A DNA stretch of 64,000 nucleotides from a virus (lineage: Duplodnaviria > Caudoviricetes). Location of the stretch: positions 64,001-128,000 of the IMG/VR virus record IMGVR_UViG_3300037249_001405. One strand, written 5' to 3'. Position 1 is the stretch's first letter, and every line of letters starts with the position of its first letter. Below, piece by piece: positions 10,575 to 18,996 of this stretch. Position numbers and translations under genes: made by a program. The notes under the pieces are model-generated. The model did not search any database. It saw only the letters and a list, made by a program, of their open reading frames with translations, and was not told where the DNA came from.

Positions 10575-11198
10575 ATGATAAATCCTTTAGAAACAGAATA
10601 CAGTGGAGTAGAAGATTCGCTTTTTGATAAACAGCTTTCTCTTTGGTATAATATACTAGAAGAAGAACGAAAAAAGCTCCCAGATTTTAATAATAGGGAT
10701 AAAATGGAGTGTTATAATAGATTATTTTATGCACAATCTATATATAATAACTCAAAAATCTTCTATACAATGCATACAGCACATCTGGATTTGTATATTA
10801 GTACTATACTTCATGCTCGTTATCCAGGTGATAGTTTCAGTTATTTCAATGTTCATTACGACTCAGAGCTGAGGGATTATGTTATTGAAAGAGTAGGTAA
10901 AAATACTCTTAAGAGATTCTTTAATACTATAAATGGGTATGTTTTACCTGTATCCGATGGTTACTATGAAAGTTTCTTATGGAAAAGGCAGGTAATTTAT
11001 AATAAAATGAGAAATAATTTCAAGATGAGACATAAAGTATGTTCGAAATTATTTGGAAATAAGCTTGGAAATTTTTTAAGCAAGGCTATTACGTATGCTG
11101 AAGTCTTTGTTAGAACTAAGCTAACTAATATACCCTGGTATCAAAAAGTTTCCTGGAAAAGATCTATTAATTTTGTATTTAATTTTAATGCAAAATGA
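10575..11198 (+). CDS. Hypothetical protein (C-terminus similar to 11765..12271)
   Basis: Start adjusted to MINPLE; shares SK(L/I)FG.K.G..(L/I)S..IT..E segment. Confidence 0.75.
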   Translation: MINPLETEYSGVEDSLFDKQLSLWYNILEEERKKLPDFNNRDKMECYNRLFYAQSIYNNSKIFYTMHTAHLDLYISTILHARYPGDSFSYFNVHYDSELRDYVIERVGKNTLKRFFNTINGYVLPVSDGYYESFLWKRQVIYNKMRNNFKMRHKVCSKLFGNKLGNFLSKAITYAEVFVRTKLTNIPWYQKVSWKRSINFVFNFNAK

Positions 11199-11668
11199 TA
11201 ACCCTTAATAAAAATTCTAAAATAAAATCATTATCTGATGATTTTTTTAAGAATATAAAAAGAGTGGGTGATTCTGATATTATATATTATGATGGTCCAC
11301 TTTTATCATTGTATAAACTGGACGATAAATATTATCTATTCTACTGGGCTGATGTCACAGAAAATAGACAATACAATACTTGGATTGTTATATCCGACAA
11401 TGATAACAAGAAGTTATTGACTCATATCATAAATTTCATGGAAAATTTATGTTCTTTAAATGAGATAATGCTTTTTCCTAGTAGACAAATATATTTGGTA
11501 GATATAGATCACAATTTAAATTATCATAACACCGTTATGATAAATAATGTTTTATCTTTACCAGAAGTTTATATTCCATCAGAAAAATATTCATTTTTTG
11601 ATGAAAAATTATCTGACTCTGGTAAGGATTACGTAAACTACCTTAAAGAGTTAGTTAAAAAGGCCTAG
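11195..11668 (+). CDS. Hypothetical protein (YYDGPLLS...YLFYWAD motif)
   Basis: 157-aa ORF with ATGA overlap. Confidence 0.8.
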   Translation: MITLNKNSKIKSLSDDFFKNIKRVGDSDIIYYDGPLLSLYKLDDKYYLFYWADVTENRQYNTWIVISDNDNKKLLTHIINFMENLCSLNEIMLFPSRQIYLVDIDHNLNYHNTVMINNVLSLPEVYIPSEKYSFFDEKLSDSGKDYVNYLKELVKKA

Positions 11669-11672
11669 CCTC

Positions 11673-11748
11673 AAACCCTTCTTATTGAAGAGGTGTATCA
11701 GAGTAAATCTCTTACACCTCTTCATTTATTTTTCGTGATATTATTAAC
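11673..11748 (+). promoter_or_regulatory. Promoter-hairpin-U-tract leader, copy 2
   Basis: AAACCCTTCTTATTG; stem GAAGAGGTGTA/TACACCTCTTC; ATTTATTTTTCGTGATATTATTAAC. Confidence 0.75.
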
Positions 11749-11764
11749 AATAAAAACTAATAAA

Positions 11765-12271
11765 ATGAATGAATGGACCGGAGAACTACCGGATTTCTTG
11801 AAAGGATATCAGCCATCTCCTTTTATCGAAAAGAGAATACGAGAGGAGATAAATGCTGGAAGATTTGATAGGGCAAATAAATTGATCTTGTTATCTGCTT
11901 TTTATTCTGGTTACGTGAAAACACCAGAACCCGAACAGCAAGATCAAAGCGACGATTATGATTATAATAATTGCATCAATTACTATGATCTAATTTACAA
12001 AAAAGAAATAGATCGTTTTATTTCTTACGAAGGAGATAAAACATGGTTAGTTACCGCTTCAAATGGAAAAATAGATTTGAATACTGAAGATCCAAAAGAG
12101 GTTGAGATTATTAATGATGACGTGAAAGACGGATATATTGATGTTCGTCGTAAAAACAGAATTAAGAAACTCTCTAAGATTTTTGGTAGAAAAGTTGGTA
12201 AAGTTATTAGTAACTTTATTACTTTCATTGAAAGGTCACTATTTAAAGATTATAGAAAAAGCAATGAATAG
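11765..12271 (+). CDS. Hypothetical protein
   Basis: Start adjusted to MNEWTG downstream of leader. Confidence 0.8.
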   Translation: MNEWTGELPDFLKGYQPSPFIEKRIREEINAGRFDRANKLILLSAFYSGYVKTPEPEQQDQSDDYDYNNCINYYDLIYKKEIDRFISYEGDKTWLVTASNGKIDLNTEDPKEVEIINDDVKDGYIDVRRKNRIKKLSKIFGRKVGKVISNFITFIERSLFKDYRKSNE

Positions 12272-13433
12272 AACCGTAGAAATAAAAAATGCTGGTTTAA
12301 TTAAATCAGCTAAAATTGATATTAAGAAAATAAATATCATAATCGGAAGTTGTATGAAATCAGAGGTAATGCAACTTCTCTACAGACTATTATATCTCGA
12401 AAAAAAGATATGTAGCATTTATAGTTTAAATGAAGATTGTACAAATGATAATGCAATTTCATTTATTTCTACTGAATTAAGGAATAACTATTCTCATTTT
12501 CTTCAGTTAATACAGAGTCCGCTGAAAATAAAATCAGATGGATATATAAAATATACATCAGATTGGTTGGAATATACTATTTACCAAGATAAGATTGAGA
12601 TAGATAGATTTAAGTGGGATTTAGATTTACCTGATTATCTTTGGTATAATTCTGATCCGTATTTTTCAATTGATAGAGACAAGACTCTCGATCCTAAATT
12701 TCCAACTGAATGGTTGGATATTGAGGAACCATCTTTTGCTTTTGAGAAAAGAATGCAGAGTATTGTTTCTGAGATTGTTGAATTAGCTCCACCAAGCGAG
12801 GAGAATTATATAAGAATAATGTCCTTGAGAGATCATGGATATTCGAGTCTTTTTCTTGTAAAAGAAAAAGATGATTTGAGACAATTTTTGCTTCAAGTTA
12901 TAAAGTATCCAGAAGAGAAAGAAAGTGTAAAGGACTACACTTTAAACGGAGAATTTCGTTTAGAACAACAATTACCACACCAACTTCTACCCTTGAAGAG
13001 TGATGGTTTGAGATATTTAATTCCAATTGTTTTGACGATAGAGAAGAGAATATCTGATGAAATTGTTGACTCGGTCTTTATAGAAGAGCCAGAATTGGGA
13101 TTATTTCCTCCAATTGCAAATCTATTAATTAAAAATTTAATAGACGACATCACACTTAGAGAGAGTGAATCTAAAGATCCTGAAGATGTTGAGCTAAACT
13201 GGAGGCCTACGCTATTTATGACTACTAATTCTGAACTAGTTATAAATAGTGTATTAGAGGATTCTGGTACTGAATTAACAAAATTACCTAAAGGTTCCGT
13301 TAATATTGTAACCATACAAAGGGATGAAACAGCACCGTTAGACTTTTTATGTAATTCAATATCGGAAGAGTCCATTGATGATATTTACAATAATGGACTA
13401 GATTGTTTTTATAACATAAATTCTCTTGACTGA
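12264..13433 (+). CDS. AAA_15/AAA_21-type ABC ATPase-like protein, degenerate active site
   Basis: IKNAGLIKSAKIDIKKINIIIG N-terminus, SDG signature, FIEEPELGLFP Walker B/D-loop, TTNS; Walker A truncated (GSCMKS). Confidence 0.75.
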   Translation: MNRTVEIKNAGLIKSAKIDIKKINIIIGSCMKSEVMQLLYRLLYLEKKICSIYSLNEDCTNDNAISFISTELRNNYSHFLQLIQSPLKIKSDGYIKYTSDWLEYTIYQDKIEIDRFKWDLDLPDYLWYNSDPYFSIDRDKTLDPKFPTEWLDIEEPSFAFEKRMQSIVSEIVELAPPSEENYIRIMSLRDHGYSSLFLVKEKDDLRQFLLQVIKYPEEKESVKDYTLNGEFRLEQQLPHQLLPLKSDGLRYLIPIVLTIEKRISDEIVDSVFIEEPELGLFPPIANLLIKNLIDDITLRESESKDPEDVELNWRPTLFMTTNSELVINSVLEDSGTELTKLPKGSVNIVTIQRDETAPLDFLCNSISEESIDDIYNNGLDCFYNINSLD

Positions 13434-13435
13434 AA

Positions 13436-13801
13436 ATGGAAGATTTTGATATATATGATGATGCAACACCCGATAAGCCTTTTATAATTGATTATCAAAG
13501 CAGGGTGTGGGGAGGGGAAGAGGTTCCCGGTGATAAACCAATTGAAGTAGATCCCATAAAGCTAAATACCGAGTGGATTAAAGCGGTAGACAGGACTAAA
13601 GATTCTATCTCATTTATGTCTTATATAAGAGATAATCTTATGAAGTGTATTAATGGACAGTTTCCTGGGTACGATCCAGGTCAACTCCCCTCATATATGC
13701 TCATCAAGAAGTCGTTCAGGACTCATCATCCAAGTGGGGAAGTTTTTTCTAAATTATCAAAACGGTATCCAATTCAACCGGATACTGATTCAAAAGACTA
13801 A
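13436..13801 (+). CDS. Hypothetical protein
   Basis: 121-aa ORF in operon. Confidence 0.7.
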   Translation: MEDFDIYDDATPDKPFIIDYQSRVWGGEEVPGDKPIEVDPIKLNTEWIKAVDRTKDSISFMSYIRDNLMKCINGQFPGYDPGQLPSYMLIKKSFRTHHPSGEVFSKLSKRYPIQPDTDSKD

Positions 13802-13873
13802 AACTCTTAAAGATGAAGAAGATATAAACTCGATTTATATCTTCTTCTTTTATTTTTCATGATATTAATTAAC
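13800..13873 (+). promoter_or_regulatory. Promoter-hairpin-U-tract leader, copy 3
   Basis: AAAACTCTTAAAGATG; 14-bp stem GAAGAAGATATAAA/TTTATATCTTCTTC; TTTTATTTTTCATGATATTAATTAAC. Confidence 0.8.
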
Positions 13874-13899
13874 AATTATTTTTAAATTAAATTATTATT

Positions 13900-16674
13900 A
13901 TGGCAACAGATCTTTTTACGAAGGTTCGCGACAGAGTCAATGCGAACTTTCAAGAAATGGTCAGCCGAGGTGATGCTATTTTCATGGCACCTCCGGCTGG
14001 AGAGAAACTTTTTGTAAGTTATCTCAACGCATTCGGTGGTCTCGTACCGACGAATCGTTCCCTGATTTTCAGAGGCTACAACACCCATGCTTGCATGGCG
14101 TGTAGCAAATTTATCAACCATTTCGGCTTTATAACCTCTTTGGAAAAGACCGATAATGGTTTTACGAGGCATACTCTCTGGGAGAATATGTCTTTTACAA
14201 CAGGAACCGAGTATGAAGCTCCGATATCGACCCTTGACAAAATAGTTAGGGAGTCGAATATCCAGTCATACTTCAAGCCCTCCGAAGGTTGGCTTCAGAA
14301 GGATGACATAAAGGCCACAAGAACAAAGGCCGGAAATTACGTAATTGGCACGCCAGAGGAGAATCTCCTTGATCACTTCGATGGTGATACCTCTAAGTAT
14401 TTCCGCCATTATGTTGATGGTCATGAGGGTAAAGTTACACCGCTTCGTCTCACTGACAAGGGTGAACTTGAACTCGACATAACCGGTGAGAAAATCCAGG
14501 CTATAGTTAAAAGAAGTGATACTGAAGAATACACCTTCCAGCACTTTTACATCAACGTACCGAAAAGTTACGTTGTTGCTGGTAAGGATGCTTCATGGAC
14601 AACGGAACTTCACAACGCTTATTCATCGCATATCAATGCGATGAAAGAGGTGTTCGGTTCTGATAAGCAACTTGTTACCAAGGATGCTTGGGACAAAATG
14701 GAAGAACTTTTCAATGAGAAGCGTTTGCTTCTTAAGGATGAAAAGCTCTGGCTTGTAGAGCTAGGCAAGAAGGTATTCAATGAGACTCGGGATTTGACTC
14801 CTGAGCAATTGAATGACTACTTGAACTACCTTTGCTTCCAGTGTACGTGTACCGTAGATGAGTATGGTAGAACGAAAGCATCTTTCATAGGCATAAAGAA
14901 AGACGTTATTTTCGGTGGCTTCTTGCAGCCTTATTCAGGAACCGGAATGATTCGGGAAAAGGATGAGGATGGCAACGACATCGAAATAGAAGGTTCGAAA
15001 ATGAAGGGTAACGAGTTGTATGCAATAGCTCGTTACAATACAATGGCTGATCCAGCCAACCGTGGGATGAAGTCGGAAAAGGCTCTTACCGCTATGGACA
15101 TCTTCAACTTTGAGAAAGGGTTGAAAGATGGTGACTGGGAGAAGTCACTTCACCGCCGTTTTGCATCAAAAGAAGATATCGATAAATCTGAGATCTTCTA
15201 CGATGCAGAAAAAGAGTCTGAATCTGGTACTGTGCTTGACTCAAACAAGTCAACCGCATTTAAGCTGTTTGAGGAAATGAAGCAATTTAAACCTAGTCTG
15301 GTTAGCAAAACTGTAACAGGCAATGGTAGTAGCTTCATTCCGTTTAATCAGTTCGACGAGTGTGAGACAATCACAATCGAACAATTGTTTAAGGATAAAA
15401 TGCCCAAGAGCAAGAACATGAATATTTTCTTGACCTCTCTTCATGAAGGTAATGTGGCTATTTTGACCACAGCCGATGACCCGAAGGCGAAGAATATTCT
15501 CAGGTGGAACAATCCTTTCGCTATTGTAACGAAGGATGGTACATCTTATAAATCTTCAAAGCTTGTTCAGAAAGCTGCGATGAGTGGTTCGTATGTTTAC
15601 GCCCCATTCTCCTTCTCAGTTTTATGGCACACAAACTGTGACTGGGATGGTCACGTAAGAGAATATGGACCAAACGGAAGCTTCCATCTCTACTACGCCT
15701 CTTCATCAGGTAGAGGCAGAACCCGTATTGATCTACTGAATCAGTTGCGTTTACGCGGAGGGTTCAAGACACCTTCTGGTACATATTACTCCTATAAAGA
15801 GTACGTACAGAAGTGTGTTGCAAATGGACAAATGGATGAACTTAATCAGATGATGTCTGATTGGTTTGAAGTCTGTCCTAAATCACCCACCAAATGGGTT
15901 CAGGACCAAGACCGTACTGAAAACATGGCAGGAGAGGAACTCGTCGTAGAGAACTTCTTCAACCTCAATTCAACGGACACAATACCTGAAGGAACACTTT
16001 ATATCTTCTTTGCTAATGTCTATAATGACAACGGCAATTATCCAGATAATATAAAGGCTCAAATTACCATTAATGGTAAAACCACTGAGTTCGAATCTAA
16101 TGGTGATTTCCGGGACGGTAATAATGTTATTGTTGCCGCAGTAATTGCGGAAGGCAATAACAAATTCAAGCTCATCACCGGTAATGAGTTATTGTCTGAT
16201 ACTAAGTATGAAATAAAAGGTATGGGCAATAGAACAATTAAGTCTTTGCTCCCAAGCTATGTAAAAATAGCAGAAGTAACAAAGACTACAACACCTGAAG
16301 ACTCTCGAGTTATATGGGGTTGTCCATGTGGTACTTTCTATCCTGTGGAGGCAGCGTTTAAATCGCCTAACCACTGGCAGAAGCCTACAGTAGGTGATTT
16401 GAGTTATTTCTTCGCAATTCAGAATATGAGATGCGATCAAGAAATAAAATCTTACACCCAGGATTCACTCTCCAAAGAGTTCACACTCTCGCTTGGAAAG
16501 CGATTCACTCAGTATCTGGCTACGTTACCGTCTATGGTATTGAAAGCAGATCCTAATCAACCTCAATTGGCCGGCTTGGTTTACAACACTGCAGCATCTG
16601 ATGTTGCTGTTGTAAAGTTGGGTATGCCAGATGGCAGCGATAAAGTTTACAGGGTTACCTTCGGTAACGTGTAG
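13900..16674 (+). CDS. Large conserved phage protein (N-terminal HxCxxC; internal YfaP/DUF2135-like segment)
   Basis: 924 aa; HACMACSKFI, WHTNCDWDGHVRE, VVENFF, FKSPNHW motifs recalled from a widespread phage hypothetical family. Confidence 0.7.
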   Translation: MATDLFTKVRDRVNANFQEMVSRGDAIFMAPPAGEKLFVSYLNAFGGLVPTNRSLIFRGYNTHACMACSKFINHFGFITSLEKTDNGFTRHTLWENMSFTTGTEYEAPISTLDKIVRESNIQSYFKPSEGWLQKDDIKATRTKAGNYVIGTPEENLLDHFDGDTSKYFRHYVDGHEGKVTPLRLTDKGELELDITGEKIQAIVKRSDTEEYTFQHFYINVPKSYVVAGKDASWTTELHNAYSSHINAMKEVFGSDKQLVTKDAWDKMEELFNEKRLLLKDEKLWLVELGKKVFNETRDLTPEQLNDYLNYLCFQCTCTVDEYGRTKASFIGIKKDVIFGGFLQPYSGTGMIREKDEDGNDIEIEGSKMKGNELYAIARYNTMADPANRGMKSEKALTAMDIFNFEKGLKDGDWEKSLHRRFASKEDIDKSEIFYDAEKESESGTVLDSNKSTAFKLFEEMKQFKPSLVSKTVTGNGSSFIPFNQFDECETITIEQLFKDKMPKSKNMNIFLTSLHEGNVAILTTADDPKAKNILRWNNPFAIVTKDGTSYKSSKLVQKAAMSGSYVYAPFSFSVLWHTNCDWDGHVREYGPNGSFHLYYASSSGRGRTRIDLLNQLRLRGGFKTPSGTYYSYKEYVQKCVANGQMDELNQMMSDWFEVCPKSPTKWVQDQDRTENMAGEELVVENFFNLNSTDTIPEGTLYIFFANVYNDNGNYPDNIKAQITINGKTTEFESNGDFRDGNNVIVAAVIAEGNNKFKLITGNELLSDTKYEIKGMGNRTIKSLLPSYVKIAEVTKTTTPEDSRVIWGCPCGTFYPVEAAFKSPNHWQKPTVGDLSYFFAIQNMRCDQEIKSYTQDSLSKEFTLSLGKRFTQYLATLPSMVLKADPNQPQLAGLVYNTAASDVAVVKLGMPDGSDKVYRVTFGNV

Positions 16675-16767
16675 ACTTTTAATAATAAAAAAAAAACAGA
16701 TAGGGGCTATCTAAAAGCTTGATAGCCTCTATTTTGATATAAAAAACTATAAAAAATATACACAAAA

Positions 16768-17361
16768 ATGGAAAGAACTGAAAAAAACCTTCAGCGCCTC
16801 ACGGCGCTTGCATCACAAAATGTAATTGCAGCTGCAGAGTTTGCAGGTCTCCTATTTAGGGGTATTGACAACGAATGTCTTACCTTTAAAATGGCAGATC
16901 TTTGGAAATATGCTCGTAAGGCATCTTATGAGCCTATTGAGGAAAACAAGGTTGGCGCTAACACGTCAATCCTCGCAAAACTTCTCAAGCAGGAGAAGGC
17001 AATTCTTGACAAAATGAATTGTCAACCCGCTGAGAACAACGATAATGATGACCTTGAGGGTTTTGTAATTATCAACAATACCAACAAGAAAGTTACAGTT
17101 GAGGATCTCCAGAAAGCCTTTGAATTGAAGGAACAGGAGCTTCGAGTTTCTGTACTTCAATGGCTTAAGTCTTGGGTTATACCTTACAAAACTCAGGAAC
17201 GTCAAGAGATTGATAATGCTGAGAAGGCAGCTCAGGAGAAAATCTCTAAGCAGATTCGTAAAGATCGTCTTCTCGCCGAGAAGGAGAGAAGGGATGCTGC
17301 GAAAGATATGGCATTGACTGACGAGGAGTTGGACAAAGCTCTCGCAGAGTGTGATGAGTAA
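16768..17361 (+). CDS. Coiled-coil partner protein of the 924-aa protein
   Basis: 197 aa; ADLW motif and C-terminal LTDEELDKAL. Confidence 0.75.
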   Translation: MERTEKNLQRLTALASQNVIAAAEFAGLLFRGIDNECLTFKMADLWKYARKASYEPIEENKVGANTSILAKLLKQEKAILDKMNCQPAENNDNDDLEGFVIINNTNKKVTVEDLQKAFELKEQELRVSVLQWLKSWVIPYKTQERQEIDNAEKAAQEKISKQIRKDRLLAEKERRDAAKDMALTDEELDKALAECDE

Positions 17362-17438
17362 TATCACCGCATAATAAAATATACCTAACTAATAACAAAA
17401 AAAAATTAGTTAGGTATATTTACTTTTTATTCCGTTTG

Positions 17439-17510
17439 AAAACCTTATCTTGGAGGAGATATAAACAGAATAAGTTTATATTTCTCTTTTATTTTTCTAG
17501 ATAATTTAAC
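17439..17510 (+). promoter_or_regulatory. Promoter-hairpin-U-tract leader, copy 4
   Basis: AAAACCTTATCTTG; GAGGAGATATAAAC-AGAATAA-GTTTATATTTCTCT; TTTATTTTTCTAGAT. Confidence 0.8.
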
Positions 17511-17530
17511 TTTTTAATTTATTTTTTATT

Positions 17531-18850
17531 ATGGCACTAAAAAAATTTTCGGACCTTTCTGAGTCCGAATTTGAATCAATCTTCAAAACACCTGAAGATT
17601 GCATGAATTATCTCTGCTATTTGCAGATTAATTCATTAGTAAGTTCTAAATCAAAATGCCCAGATTGTGGGAAAGAACTTACTTTCGACCATTTGAAGAT
17701 CGTAAAATCCTCAAATGGTCGCCCAATTGTTGTTCATCGTCACAAAAATGGCGCTGAATGGGGACAAGCTTTGTGCGGACATAGATTTGAAAGCTCAAAG
17801 CTGATGTTCTCTTTTACCGATACAATAACTAAAAAAACTCGGGAAAGGGATGAAAAGGGTGAACCTATTTCCAAAACAGAAACGGTCACCTTCAAACCAT
17901 TTGATCTTAAACTTGATAACCGAATTCTCGGTATGTTTAAGATCACTTGGGCAATTGTAAGTGATAAAATTTTCACTAATATTCTTATCAGGAATACTAA
18001 GTCTGAAAATTGGACTGCTTACAATAAAAGAGTAGATTTGGTAATCCGAAATTATTGGGTTAATTCCGTTAGAAATAATGGTGAACCCGATGGAATTTCC
18101 AGATTAGAATTTATCAACTATCTCACAACAATCTTTGCTACTGTAAAGAAATTTGGTAAAGATTTTATGGGAGTAGTTAAGTCAGATCTAATTACTCCTT
18201 CTCAGAAAGAAGAAGATGCTCCTATCTATTCCTCTGATGTAGAAGTATACTCGGAGGAGGATGGAGAGGAGATTCGGGAAACAAATACACCTGCTACTCA
18301 GAGTGGTGAAGGTGATGTTGCTCCTGAGAATGAATCAACTGAGACCAAAAAGAGGGTGTATCCTGTTGGGACCTCTTTTATGGTTAGGTCTATTTATTGT
18401 AAGATATATGATGAAATAGACAAAAATCCTAACCAGCGTGATATACTACTCTACAAAGGATACCTTGCTGCAGCGGCACAAAGGTACGCTGAAGGAGACA
18501 AGCAATCCTATAATAGGGTCCTTCATGAAATGCCTGGATTCGATAATTTTGACCACGTAAAGGACGTGTGTGAAAATTGTCTTAACATTATTAATTCACC
18601 ACTTTTGGGAGCAAAGTCTCTTTGCAATCCGAATATTAAATCGGAAGAGGAAGAATCACCCTCTGGTGAATGCAAGTTGATTTTGTCCACTGAATTGGAT
18701 GAAATTTATGAGAAATCCCCCAAAAAAGATTTCAATTTGTCTGAATATTTCTGGACGATCAAGGATTTTATTCAGATTGTCAAGGAATCTTTAGGATACA
18801 ATCTTACTGAACAAATAGTTTGTAAGTACTTCGAAAGTAAATTGAAATAA
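17531..18850 (+). CDS. Protein with N-terminal IS1595-type zinc-ribbon-like domain
   Basis: FKTPEDCMNYL...KCPDCG...LCGHRF; no DDE domain seen. Confidence 0.65.
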   Translation: MALKKFSDLSESEFESIFKTPEDCMNYLCYLQINSLVSSKSKCPDCGKELTFDHLKIVKSSNGRPIVVHRHKNGAEWGQALCGHRFESSKLMFSFTDTITKKTRERDEKGEPISKTETVTFKPFDLKLDNRILGMFKITWAIVSDKIFTNILIRNTKSENWTAYNKRVDLVIRNYWVNSVRNNGEPDGISRLEFINYLTTIFATVKKFGKDFMGVVKSDLITPSQKEEDAPIYSSDVEVYSEEDGEEIRETNTPATQSGEGDVAPENESTETKKRVYPVGTSFMVRSIYCKIYDEIDKNPNQRDILLYKGYLAAAAQRYAEGDKQSYNRVLHEMPGFDNFDHVKDVCENCLNIINSPLLGAKSLCNPNIKSEEEESPSGECKLILSTELDEIYEKSPKKDFNLSEYFWTIKDFIQIVKESLGYNLTEQIVCKYFESKLK

Positions 18851-18996
18851 CTTACAAACACTCAATATATAAAATAAACCATCTTTTTAGGTGGTTTATT
18901 TTTTTTTTATTCCAAAAATCCTCCCCCTCAAATTCTTACTAGAGAATAATTTTCATATAAAAATAGAATTAATAATTAAAAATATAAATTTCAAAA

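Noticed and set aside
17531-18850. Intact IS1595 insertion sequence
   Set aside because: Only a Zn-ribbon-like N-terminus; no DDE motif, terminal inverted repeats or target duplication seen
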